DNA of 64,000 bases, taken from a virus (lineage: Duplodnaviria > Caudoviricetes). The position numbers and the translations under genes are program-made. Below, in pieces: positions 55,411-64,000 of this stretch; position 1 is the first letter of the stretch, and every line of letters starts with the position of its first letter. The DNA is taken from positions 1 through 64,000 of the IMG/VR virus record IMGVR_UViG_3300020049_005939, one strand, 5' to 3'. A model generated the notes under the pieces. It was not told the DNA's origin and made no database searches. It saw only the letters and a list, made by a program, of their open reading frames with translations.

Positions 55411-55941
55411 TTATTGCCTTATAACCTTCTCAGTTGCTTCAGCAATTAATAATTTTCTTCTAAGTTTAAAATAACTATCAAAAATACCAATTTGATTTAA
55501 GTAAACTCGGTTTTTATATGTTTTACCAAAACTAACTATGGTGGCTTCAACCATTAGTGTCGGATCGCCATCTAATATGACCCCAAGTGTAGCTTCAGGG
55601 ATACTTACATACCAATAATTATTAAGTTGTAGCACTCCCGCAGCAGTATAAAGAGGAGTTTCTATCCAATTTGGTTGATCAACTCTAAAGATACTAAAAG
55701 AACAAGACGCGGCAGATAAAACTGAAGAGTTATTCTTCATTAAATAACCGACTAATCTAAAATCTGAAAATGTGGTAGTGTCAAACTCGCCACCAATAAA
55801 TACGGTATTAATAGTAGGTTCTCCTAATGTCATTATAGTCTGGACATCATCGCCTTCGTGTAAAATTACGCTATTTTGGGTAGTTAATTTTAAAAATTGA
55901 CAATCTTCATCAATTGTCATTGCTTTAATTTTAAATCCCAA
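55411..55941 (-). CDS. Hypothetical structural protein
   Basis: 176-aa ORF. Confidence 0.55.
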   Translation of the reverse strand: MGFKIKAMTIDEDCQFLKLTTQNSVILHEGDDVQTIMTLGEPTINTVFIGGEFDTTTFSDFRLVGYLMKNNSSVLSAASCSFSIFRVDQPNWIETPLYTAAGVLQLNNYWYVSIPEATLGVILDGDPTLMVEATIVSFGKTYKNRVYLNQIGIFDSYFKLRRKLLIAEATEKVIRQ

Positions 55942-56950
55942 GTGTTAATCCTCTGTAACTTGTTCTTAATTCTCCATCAATCGTGATACTGATTCTAATA
56001 GTGTAATGTGTTAAGTCAAGTAATGGAGATAGAACTGGAGTAATAATAAACCTTCCGTTACCATCTGCGGCTATTCCAGACTGTGTTAAACCAACAACTG
56101 GAGTTCCAGATGAGTCGTATACAGTGTAGCTAGCCGTACCTAAGCCCGACGAGGCTGCCATATCGTCTACAGATCCCCATAGAGTACCTTGAAATTGATT
56201 AGTGGTGCTAATACTAAACACGCCATGACATTTATATACAACGGATTTTTGAATTAAAGGAACGTAAGCAATTCTATTGGCAGAATCAGCATTAATTGTC
56301 ACTCTAATTAAATAATGATCAAGTGTATTAGACAATGTTGATGCTACTGGAGTAATTTTATACTGACCATTAGCATCGGCGGTTATACCCGACTCTGACA
56401 TTCCGCCAACCAAAGCTCCAGTTTTATCGTAAATAACATAACTAGCTGTTCCAAGACCAGTTGTCATGTTATTAGCATTTTTACTAATCCAAATAGTTCC
56501 TTGTAATTGATCGGAACTATTAATAGTAAAAGCACCTTTTGGTTCGTAAATAGCCGCACCTTCGGCTACGCCGGTTGAAGTGTCGCTTAAAGAAACCGTA
56601 TTAGAGTCCCTATTACCAACACCATCAACGGCTCTTACTCCAACATAATAAAGTGTATCTAAAGATAAATAAGATCCGTCTGCTAACTGAAAAACAGACG
56701 CAGATGTTCCAGTCACAATTTCAGCTATATTAGCTAAAGAAAAAAGACCCGTATTGGTGTAAGCTTGAACGTAAACCTCATAACGAATAGGAGTACTAGC
56801 ATCTGTGGCCACTGACCATGTAGGAAGCAGTTGACCCATTGAACCCATCCCTAACCCTGATATACCAGAGAAAGTTGGAGGTGTCAAGTCAGTAATACAT
56901 GCTTGACTGGATGCTTGGTATACGTTATTGTATACTAACTGATCGGGCAT
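55931..56950 (-). CDS. Ig/FN3-like repeat virion protein
   Basis: YYVGVRAVD..GN motif; two ~85-aa repeats QGT.W...GLGTASY..YD..G...GI.AD.NG...ITPV. Confidence 0.7.
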   Translation of the reverse strand: MPDQLVYNNVYQASSQACITDLTPPTFSGISGLGMGSMGQLLPTWSVATDASTPIRYEVYVQAYTNTGLFSLANIAEIVTGTSASVFQLADGSYLSLDTLYYVGVRAVDGVGNRDSNTVSLSDTSTGVAEGAAIYEPKGAFTINSSDQLQGTIWISKNANNMTTGLGTASYVIYDKTGALVGGMSESGITADANGQYKITPVASTLSNTLDHYLIRVTINADSANRIAYVPLIQKSVVYKCHGVFSISTTNQFQGTLWGSVDDMAASSGLGTASYTVYDSSGTPVVGLTQSGIAADGNGRFIITPVLSPLLDLTHYTIRISITIDGELRTSYRGLTLGI

Positions 56951-56951
56951 A

Positions 56952-59048
56952 TTAATATTCTCTTACTGAAGGTCTAATATCGACTCCAGGAGGGGAAGTA
57001 AAGTTATAACGAATTAAGGTTCCGACTGTGTTTGGTATGACTCCCAATGGTAACCAACTTACTCCGTTGTTAGTAGAGTATTCAAAGTTTGCAGCATTTG
57101 ACACTGTGTTATGATCAATTAACAACACATTAGTTAAATCGTATGCTCTAAAATAAATAGTTGGAACAACTGATGTATATAGACTTTTCAGTCTGAATGC
57201 GCATCTAGTCGGAGATCCTGAGTCGGAATTATCTTTAGAATATTCCCAATTATCCGATATTTCATTTAATGGTGTTACTTGAAGCATTAATTGTCGAAGC
57301 TGTGCTGGGGTTGAGGCATCAAAATTAAAAATGTCAAACAGACATTTAATTTGCATTTGAGTTCCGCTAGAAAAAGCATTTGGACTTTCGTTTAGTCTTT
57401 CTGCGGTTGGAAAACTAGTCCATCCACCAGTAGCAGAACCAAATCCTGATGTTCTATAATAAAACTGTAGTGTTCCAGTTTTTTCAAATAACGCTTCAAT
57501 TGAAGATATTGCTTCTAGCCTTGCTGAATCTAATGTAAAAACTGGTGATATTACATACGAGTAATCAAATTCCGAGTCACTTCTAAAATCCATTACAAAA
57601 ACTCCGCGTTGACCCACGGTGTTCCCGATTATAAACAACCACCCGAGTTGTTCTTCTAAGTTAGTAACAGACAACGCGTTAAAATTAACTGTTTCCATAC
57701 TAGTACCTTCTAGGTACATATTAGAAACTCCGCCCGCTACTTGGCTAATTTGATTATTAACAAATTGTTTTGAAATTATAATACTTGTTGCGGTTTGAAA
57801 TACATACCTATCAACAGTTTGAGAATATTGAAAATTAATATTTGAAGGTGAAACTATTTGATTGGAAGTTCCCAACAAATTCACTGTCTGAAGACTCGGC
57901 CAAGTAACAGCGGCAGCAGTTAATTCTGATACTCTTCCTGTGTAAAGTTGACTAGAGGTTGAAAAACAAATACAAGGAAACCCAGAATTAGCTCCACTTT
58001 GAGGGGTAGAATATTGTTCTGAATTAGTTTGTAATAATGTACCAACTAGAGCAGGTAGGTTTCCAGTTGTAACGTAAGTCATTGTGTTGGATGCACCAAA
58101 TGCGCGTCTTACAGTATGTACACCACTTTGAACACCAGTAGTCGTAATCGATGCTCCGCCGCTTGTTGCTGAAAGTTCAAACGTGTTTGCGGTGACGTTC
58201 CTAGCAAAATAAACAGTTTGAGTTACAGCGTTTGATGCTGTTAATCCTGTTGGTAAAGCGCCAGTGGTGTATAAAGCGATCGGATCGTTGTTAGAATAAC
58301 CGTGAGCAGTTGCAGTAACGACACCAGGGGCGGCAATTGTTATTGTAAATGTTTGACCGGGGGCATCGGGGGAAGTAGAATAATCAAAAGTATGAAATTG
58401 ATGCGTAGCTGCAACACCATTATGAAGATAAATTTTAGTGTTTGCTGTATCTAATGATAGTCCAGCAGCAACAGTCATTACGTGTGATACACCTTGTGCT
58501 GCTGGATTTTGAAGAAAATAAACAGCTTTTTGGTTAGATCCAGTTGCCATTGGTATAGTTGGGAACCCTACTGGAACAAAGTCAGTAGCGGACAAGCCGT
58601 TAATCATAAATACACCGCCATTGATCAACACGCTACCAGTAGTGGCAAGAAAAATTCTTATATTTGACGGGTTTGAATCGTCTACTTTAAATCCTCTTAT
58701 TGTGTGTGTGGTGGCCGCAGTATTTGGCATGTTGAAAAGAATTCTTCCAACGTGAGCGTATGCTCCAGTTGTAAGGTTAAATGTGTACATGACAATAGTT
58801 CCAACGCCTGCTGAAATAGCTGTCGGAATAAACATCCTTCCGTTAGTGGTAACAGTTATGGGGCCAACGGGAACTGCCGTAGTAGGAGCTGTATCCGAAA
58901 AAACATCAATAAAACGGGTTAATTGAGGGCCTAAACCGTCCTCTCCAGACAATAAAGTTTTTTGAAAAGCTCTTCCACCTAAAGAAGTTTTAGTTTGATC
59001 ATAGGTACCAGTGACATCGGCTAATAAATCTATATCTATATTTTTCAT
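56952..59048 (-). CDS. Large virion structural protein
   Basis: 698 aa; beta-rich with FTITIAAPGVVT..AHG insert. Confidence 0.6.
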   Translation of the reverse strand: MKNIDIDLLADVTGTYDQTKTSLGGRAFQKTLLSGEDGLGPQLTRFIDVFSDTAPTTAVPVGPITVTTNGRMFIPTAISAGVGTIVMYTFNLTTGAYAHVGRILFNMPNTAATTHTIRGFKVDDSNPSNIRIFLATTGSVLINGGVFMINGLSATDFVPVGFPTIPMATGSNQKAVYFLQNPAAQGVSHVMTVAAGLSLDTANTKIYLHNGVAATHQFHTFDYSTSPDAPGQTFTITIAAPGVVTATAHGYSNNDPIALYTTGALPTGLTASNAVTQTVYFARNVTANTFELSATSGGASITTTGVQSGVHTVRRAFGASNTMTYVTTGNLPALVGTLLQTNSEQYSTPQSGANSGFPCICFSTSSQLYTGRVSELTAAAVTWPSLQTVNLLGTSNQIVSPSNINFQYSQTVDRYVFQTATSIIISKQFVNNQISQVAGGVSNMYLEGTSMETVNFNALSVTNLEEQLGWLFIIGNTVGQRGVFVMDFRSDSEFDYSYVISPVFTLDSARLEAISSIEALFEKTGTLQFYYRTSGFGSATGGWTSFPTAERLNESPNAFSSGTQMQIKCLFDIFNFDASTPAQLRQLMLQVTPLNEISDNWEYSKDNSDSGSPTRCAFRLKSLYTSVVPTIYFRAYDLTNVLLIDHNTVSNAANFEYSTNNGVSWLPLGVIPNTVGTLIRYNFTSPPGVDIRPSVREY

Positions 59049-59049
59049 A

Positions 59050-59379
59050 TTAAGTTAAATCTTCTTCTGTGGCGTCTGGCTCTCTACAATAATTATTTAA
59101 AATTAATTCTGGAGAAATACATATAAGTTCGTATAAATTAATTTCACGATTAAACATTTTAACAAAAATATTATTAGATTCAAAATGATGAACCTGAAAA
59201 CTAGATCCCCATATAGGATCTTGTTGTATTTGATGATCTAAATCAACGAAATCATTGACATAAATTCTTCTAGGTAAACCATTTGCATCTCTAATACGCA
59301 CCATTTGGGATGCATCTCTATCTAAATCTGAATTAGGAGAATAAATTCCATACTCTAATCCCTCTTCCATTTTACACAA
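59050..59379 (-). CDS. Hypothetical protein
   Basis: AT-rich ORF between structural genes. Confidence 0.5.
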   Translation of the reverse strand: MCKMEEGLEYGIYSPNSDLDRDASQMVRIRDANGLPRRIYVNDFVDLDHQIQQDPIWGSSFQVHHFESNNIFVKMFNREINLYELICISPELILNNYCREPDATEEDLT

Positions 59380-59995
59380 TACTCCAATTAGTTGAATCTA
59401 ATCGATATTGCGTACCAACTAACGTGTATGTAAAAATTTTTCTAGCCGTATTTCCTGAAATAGTTGCGCTGGTGTAATCTATTTGAGTTATTCGTTCTTG
59501 CTTTGTACCAAAGTTTGCCCACGTAATGGCTTCTTGAACATCGTGAGTAGTTAAAATTTGTTGTTTTAAATTATTAACAAAAGCTCTTTTAACACCAGCA
59601 GTTAACCCATTTTCAGAACCAATATTTAAAACACTGGACGGTGTTGCTGTGGTCCCGTCAATGGTAACCGTAATAGGGCTAATGACATTTACATCTAACC
59701 CTTGTTTACCAGAAACATTGGTAGATGTAATTAAATTAACACCGTCACCAATTCTAATACTGTCGTCAGTTTGAGAAATATCAATGAGTACATCACTGAT
59801 AATGTTAACATCTAATCCGTTTTTAGGACCAACGGTTGTTATAGTCGCATCGATAGACCCATCGGTGATTTTAACTTCACCAATTGAAGCAGTGACAGTA
59901 GCATCGACCCTCAATCTGTCGGTTGCTTCGTCGTAAGATTGAACTATAGCTTGGTTAGCACTTAATTGGCTGTATGGAGCATTAGGACCAGGCAT
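59372..59995 (-). CDS. Structural protein
   Basis: K.GLDVN.I repeats; AGGAG SD. Confidence 0.55.
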   Translation of the reverse strand: MPGPNAPYSQLSANQAIVQSYDEATDRLRVDATVTASIGEVKITDGSIDATITTVGPKNGLDVNIISDVLIDISQTDDSIRIGDGVNLITSTNVSGKQGLDVNVISPITVTIDGTTATPSSVLNIGSENGLTAGVKRAFVNNLKQQILTTHDVQEAITWANFGTKQERITQIDYTSATISGNTARKIFTYTLVGTQYRLDSTNWSIV

Positions 59996-60038
59996 TTTTT
60001 CTCCTATTTAAGTTGTTAAATTAGGATTTTATTTAATA

Positions 60039-62135
60039 TTATCTCTGTCTTACATTACCCATAGCAGATGCTTGTAGTTCAGGGTTAGCTAACATCGAAG
60101 CATCCACCTGGGGTATGTTTGGAAGTCTTTGACTTTCAACTCCCGGACCCTGCATTTGGTCTGGGTTTGCGATAATTCCATTAGGTTGAGCCATCATCTC
60201 AGCATTTTGGCTATTTTGTTGGGATTGCTGAGAAGGCGCGCCTTGTGGACCCCCTTGTGGAGCGCCAGGTTGACCCTGTGGAGCGCCTTGTTGCTGCTGT
60301 TGACCCTGTAGGGGTTGTTCACCGAGCATTCCTAGAAGCTCAGGATCGGTGTTTCTTAAGTAATCAATGTGTTGTTGAATATGGTTAAGAACATTTTTAA
60401 CAAGTTCAGGGTTTTTTCTTAGATCTGGATCAGCTATGACGCCTTTGTGTTCGATAATATGCTGTTTATGAGAGTCAATAAGGGCAGCTTGAACTGCTTC
60501 ACCCTCTAACAGCTGCTCATTTTCCGATTTAATCAATAGAAGGTCAGAAGTATCTCCTTCAAACATAGCGTCTAATCTTCCTGTGTTCAATACTTGAAGA
60601 TATTGCTGAGGATTTTTAATTAGATTCATTTGTAGGAGCTGTTCGGCCATCTGAACACGTCCCGCTGTACTTCTCGCTAAGGGGTTCCCCATGTCAACTA
60701 CAACACGGTTAATGGCAGAGATCTTATCTCCGGTAAACTCTTTTAAAAGAGGTCGATTATGTTTACCGACCAACGCGATAACCTTAGGAGTCATTGCATA
60801 GTCTTTAAGAATGTTAATAACGCCAGTCCCACAGTCTTCGATAAGCTTTACATAGCTTTGTTGTAGACCAGACATGAACTGGAGGGCTTGAGACTGAACA
60901 AGAGCTAGAGCTGCGCCGGATTTCAATGAAGCTTCTGGATTTCCTCTAGCCACAGAGTTAACTCCAGAGATAGTTTCAGCGGATTGAATCAATACTTCTA
61001 GGAATTTGAATACCTCAGCAGGGGTTTGAGCCAACTGTAGAGGTTCAGGCTTAACATTACCTTCAATAATGTTCATTCCTTCGGATAATTGAGAAATAGC
61101 AATGTCTGCATTCTTAGGAACGAAGAGACTTTGAACACCAAAGGCATTTTGGTTAGTCATGATGGTACTATAAAGAGCATTAATACACTCTTGGATAGGG
61201 AACACGTCAAACATTGGGCTATAACCATAGGGAGTTCCCATGATATCGCTAGGAGCAATACGATAAATTGGAATTCCTCTATACGGAAGCTTAGTGTCGA
61301 TTAAGTTTGTTCCAGAATCGACGAATAACATGTACCGACCTTCAGGCATGGCGTCAGTTCTTTTGTGATAGAACTCGAAAACAGCAACATCATCAGTATC
61401 GTCATTAGAAAAGTTAGACAATCTATAAACAGAGCTGACGTTTTTAGGTGGAATTGCTCTAATTGCACTTTCGTGCTCGGGATACTTCGCGATTAGATCA
61501 AATCGGTTTTTAAAGCTTCTAACTAGCATCCATTCATGGTTCCAAGACTCTTTAGTGCCATCAACAACCACATCGTATGGAGATAAATTAGAGAATTCAA
61601 CTTCCCCTTCTTTAATTACTTCACCAGTTTCATCATCAATGTCGTATTCGTCGCCAGCGGTGGCGTTCCACTCCATTTTAATAAACCCAGCGCCAAGAAC
61701 AATCGACATTTCACAAGCAGCTTTGATAGAAGCTTCTAGTCCCTTCTCACGCATGTAATAATCAAGGATGCCGTTAGCTAAATATGTCTGAGCATACGAT
61801 TTATAATCAGTATTAATGGCTCTTGCCTCCATTACAGGACGATTAGCTGTAATCATCACATAAATGTGTTGCGCTAAGTTCCTAAAATGATTGACAGGAA
61901 AGGATACTAACTCTCCTTCTTCACCTGTGTAACCAACTGAGTGACCATATCCGGCGTCACCAGCGTAGTCACCGTGGTAAGCTCTCCACATTCTGCTAAG
62001 TTTTTCTAGATAGTGATTAGCTTCCATAAGATTGTAGAAGCTTTTAGACTTATCTAATAAAACTGCTGCGGTTTTATTTGGGTCTTCATATGAAGCAAAG
62101 TATTGCTTAGATTGAGCCGGGGTGCTGTACTGCAT
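60039..62135 (-). CDS. Portal protein
   Basis: Follows the terminase; P22/T7-like features, ETISGVNSVARG, Q/G/P-rich C-terminal tail. Confidence 0.85.
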   Translation of the reverse strand: MQYSTPAQSKQYFASYEDPNKTAAVLLDKSKSFYNLMEANHYLEKLSRMWRAYHGDYAGDAGYGHSVGYTGEEGELVSFPVNHFRNLAQHIYVMITANRPVMEARAINTDYKSYAQTYLANGILDYYMREKGLEASIKAACEMSIVLGAGFIKMEWNATAGDEYDIDDETGEVIKEGEVEFSNLSPYDVVVDGTKESWNHEWMLVRSFKNRFDLIAKYPEHESAIRAIPPKNVSSVYRLSNFSNDDTDDVAVFEFYHKRTDAMPEGRYMLFVDSGTNLIDTKLPYRGIPIYRIAPSDIMGTPYGYSPMFDVFPIQECINALYSTIMTNQNAFGVQSLFVPKNADIAISQLSEGMNIIEGNVKPEPLQLAQTPAEVFKFLEVLIQSAETISGVNSVARGNPEASLKSGAALALVQSQALQFMSGLQQSYVKLIEDCGTGVINILKDYAMTPKVIALVGKHNRPLLKEFTGDKISAINRVVVDMGNPLARSTAGRVQMAEQLLQMNLIKNPQQYLQVLNTGRLDAMFEGDTSDLLLIKSENEQLLEGEAVQAALIDSHKQHIIEHKGVIADPDLRKNPELVKNVLNHIQQHIDYLRNTDPELLGMLGEQPLQGQQQQQGAPQGQPGAPQGGPQGAPSQQSQQNSQNAEMMAQPNGIIANPDQMQGPGVESQRLPNIPQVDASMLANPELQASAMGNVRQR

Positions 62136-62136
62136 A

Positions 62137-63588
62137 TTATTTTCTTTTCCTTATATTGAAAATTTTATTATAAATTTCAACAGAATTTTCGCCTACTCGG
62201 TTAAAGGCATCTTTATTACGAACGTATAAATCTTGTTTATTGTACCCGTACATGGCTGGGTAAGGGTTTTTTTTAAACTGAACTTGTCTAATTAGGTATT
62301 TACCCGCATCTAAAGCATCGTAATGCCCATCATCAGGGGAACGCATGAGCTTCCCGCTCTTTCTATCGCGTTTACCGTTCTTTAAATGTCGGATGAAGGT
62401 TTCACAACGAGGGTTTATAATGATTTTTTGATTTGAAAGCTTTACTCTAAAGTCGTTGAAGGCGGCATCATTGTCGTCTTTCTTAGCCGCATCAAAAAAG
62501 AGTCGGCCATCAGACACTCTCTGTAATTCAGAGGTTACAATGTAGTTAATGTCACTTACCCTATTTGGGGTTCTTAGTTCACCTGTCAAAACATTAGTCC
62601 AAAGGTCTGCTTCTTTTTTAAGAATGTCTGCTGCTAGATTAGGAAGCTTTAAATCGATTCCTTTTACAACAATTTCATCTTCAATAACTACTTTATCAGA
62701 TCTAAAATCGTAATATCCAAATAAAACAACGGTAAGATCCTTATATCCAAGATCCATAGAAACATACGAATCAAAATGAGGAGGTTTTGGCCAATCTTTT
62801 ACAATTAGTTTCTGTAAATCTTCATTAAATTCTGGAAAGACTACACTTTCTTCATCTCTAATAACTTCACAGAGATATTCACGTCGAAATTTAGGTGCTG
62901 TTACCCCACCCATCTCACGGATAATACGATCTACTTGTTCTTTACTTAAAAGAGGATTATCAAAGATAGTTTTTTTAGTTAAAGTTCCATTAAGATCAGC
63001 TTCTTCAATAAATTTATTAAAATCGTGATCGGGATCGGAATGCGGGGTAGAAGCTAAAACAATTTTACCATTAGTGTGAGTAGTAGTTGGTAATAAAACT
63101 GATTTAACAACGTCTTCAAGCTTATCACAGAAACCTGCTTCATCTACCAGCACTAAGTGAGACTTCTGACCCCTTAGACGCTCGTAGTGCCCGCCATCTG
63201 ATCCGGCTAATTGAATCTGACTACCATTACTGAAGTAATAAGTAAACTTACTTTCATTGTATTTTGGTTTTAAGTCATCAGGACAGTCAGCCATTACTTC
63301 ATCAAAGAGTTTTTCAAAGATTGAACGAACGTGAAGCTTAGTATCAGTCATTAATTTAATAATACTGTCTGGGTGACGGATAGCTTGTTCTAAAGCTAGG
63401 ATAGAAAGTAAGTAGGACTTGCCTGTCTGGCGAGCTAGGAGCCAAACTAACGTGCTATTCCCAGGAGATGAATAAAATAAATCATACATCTCTGCTTGAA
63501 CTTTATGGCATTTGAATTTAAGAATTCCTCGTCGCCACAGTTCAGCAATAGCTTGTTCTTTATTTATTTTTAGTGTCTGGGTTTTCAT
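62137..63588 (-). CDS. terL: Terminase large subunit
   Basis: ARQTGKS, LVLVDEAG, LASTP, SMDLG, DALDA. Confidence 0.9.
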   Translation of the reverse strand: MKTQTLKINKEQAIAELWRRGILKFKCHKVQAEMYDLFYSSPGNSTLVWLLARQTGKSYLLSILALEQAIRHPDSIIKLMTDTKLHVRSIFEKLFDEVMADCPDDLKPKYNESKFTYYFSNGSQIQLAGSDGGHYERLRGQKSHLVLVDEAGFCDKLEDVVKSVLLPTTTHTNGKIVLASTPHSDPDHDFNKFIEEADLNGTLTKKTIFDNPLLSKEQVDRIIREMGGVTAPKFRREYLCEVIRDEESVVFPEFNEDLQKLIVKDWPKPPHFDSYVSMDLGYKDLTVVLFGYYDFRSDKVVIEDEIVVKGIDLKLPNLAADILKKEADLWTNVLTGELRTPNRVSDINYIVTSELQRVSDGRLFFDAAKKDDNDAAFNDFRVKLSNQKIIINPRCETFIRHLKNGKRDRKSGKLMRSPDDGHYDALDAGKYLIRQVQFKKNPYPAMYGYNKQDLYVRNKDAFNRVGENSVEIYNKIFNIRKRK

Positions 63589-63988
63589 TAGTTAGAGCCA
63601 ACAACTCGACATCTGATAGTTTTTGAGCTTCAACTCTAATAGTTTTAGGTTTATTTTGAAGCTGTAATAGAATTTTAGAGTAAATTTCAACTTTCCTTGA
63701 TTCTTCTAAGGTCAATTCGCGTTCAATTGAAACATCGCGCAACTTTTGTAGTTGCATTCGACAAATTGACTCTTCATCTGAAGATAAGAACATTTCAGTT
63801 AAAGGTTCTGACTGTTCTTTAACCAATAAAGGAGAAGTTTTGGATAATAGATCTTCTAAATGTTTATTTTTTGTCTCTAAAGACACTAATTGTTTACTAA
63901 TAGACAATATAGTAGCTTGTTGTGCAGTGCAAAACTCTAAAAGAGCAGCGTAGTCAGCAAAGTCTTTACTAATTTCATTAATATTCAT
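63560..63988 (-). CDS. Coiled-coil protein upstream of terL (small-terminase candidate)
   Basis: Position and helical character only. Confidence 0.4.
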   Translation of the reverse strand: MNINEISKDFADYAALLEFCTAQQATILSISKQLVSLETKNKHLEDLLSKTSPLLVKEQSEPLTEMFLSSDEESICRMQLQKLRDVSIERELTLEESRKVEIYSKILLQLQNKPKTIRVEAQKLSDVELLALTNENPDTKNK

Positions 63989-64000
63989 AATTAAGAGAAA

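Noticed and set aside
1-64000. tRNA, rRNA, integrase, reverse transcriptase or RNA polymerase genes
   Set aside because: No cloverleaf/T-loop signatures and no YADD, tyrosine-recombinase or DxDGD-type motifs were seen in the supplied ORFs; absence applies to this window only.

Overview
One 64 kb stretch of a lytic, AT-rich, podovirus-type tailed phage of a probable Gram-negative host. Positions 1-26414 (+ strand) hold early, replication and nucleotide-metabolism genes: a split family-B DNA polymerase, primase-helicase, Cas4-like exonuclease, ERF annealing protein, MoxR-AAA/vWA pair, PagL-like barrel, IMPDH/GMP reductase, dUTPase and a ClpP-like protease. Positions 26383-63988 (- strand) hold virion and packaging genes: holin, ejection proteins, nozzle, adaptor, tail fibres, major capsid protein (MCP), scaffold, portal and terminase. 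Main observations: (1) about 10-15 small, otherwise diverse ORFs share a C-terminal helix, FxxE[WY]xx[YH]KLxxKLKD[IV]FN[DE]; (2) three dispersed DUF1566/C-type-lectin paralogs vary almost only in NNY codons, the footprint of a diversity-generating retroelement (DGR), with no RT or template repeat in the window, and one of them carries the shared helix one frameshift away; (3) PolB is split into two genes about 8 kb apart in reversed order; (4) the MCP gene carries two group I introns 44 nt apart, one possibly ending in A; (5) a recurrent TTAACAACT late-promoter candidate lies inside RBS-sequestering hairpins. All family assignments come from motif recognition by eye, not database searches. No tRNA, rRNA or CRISPR array was seen.
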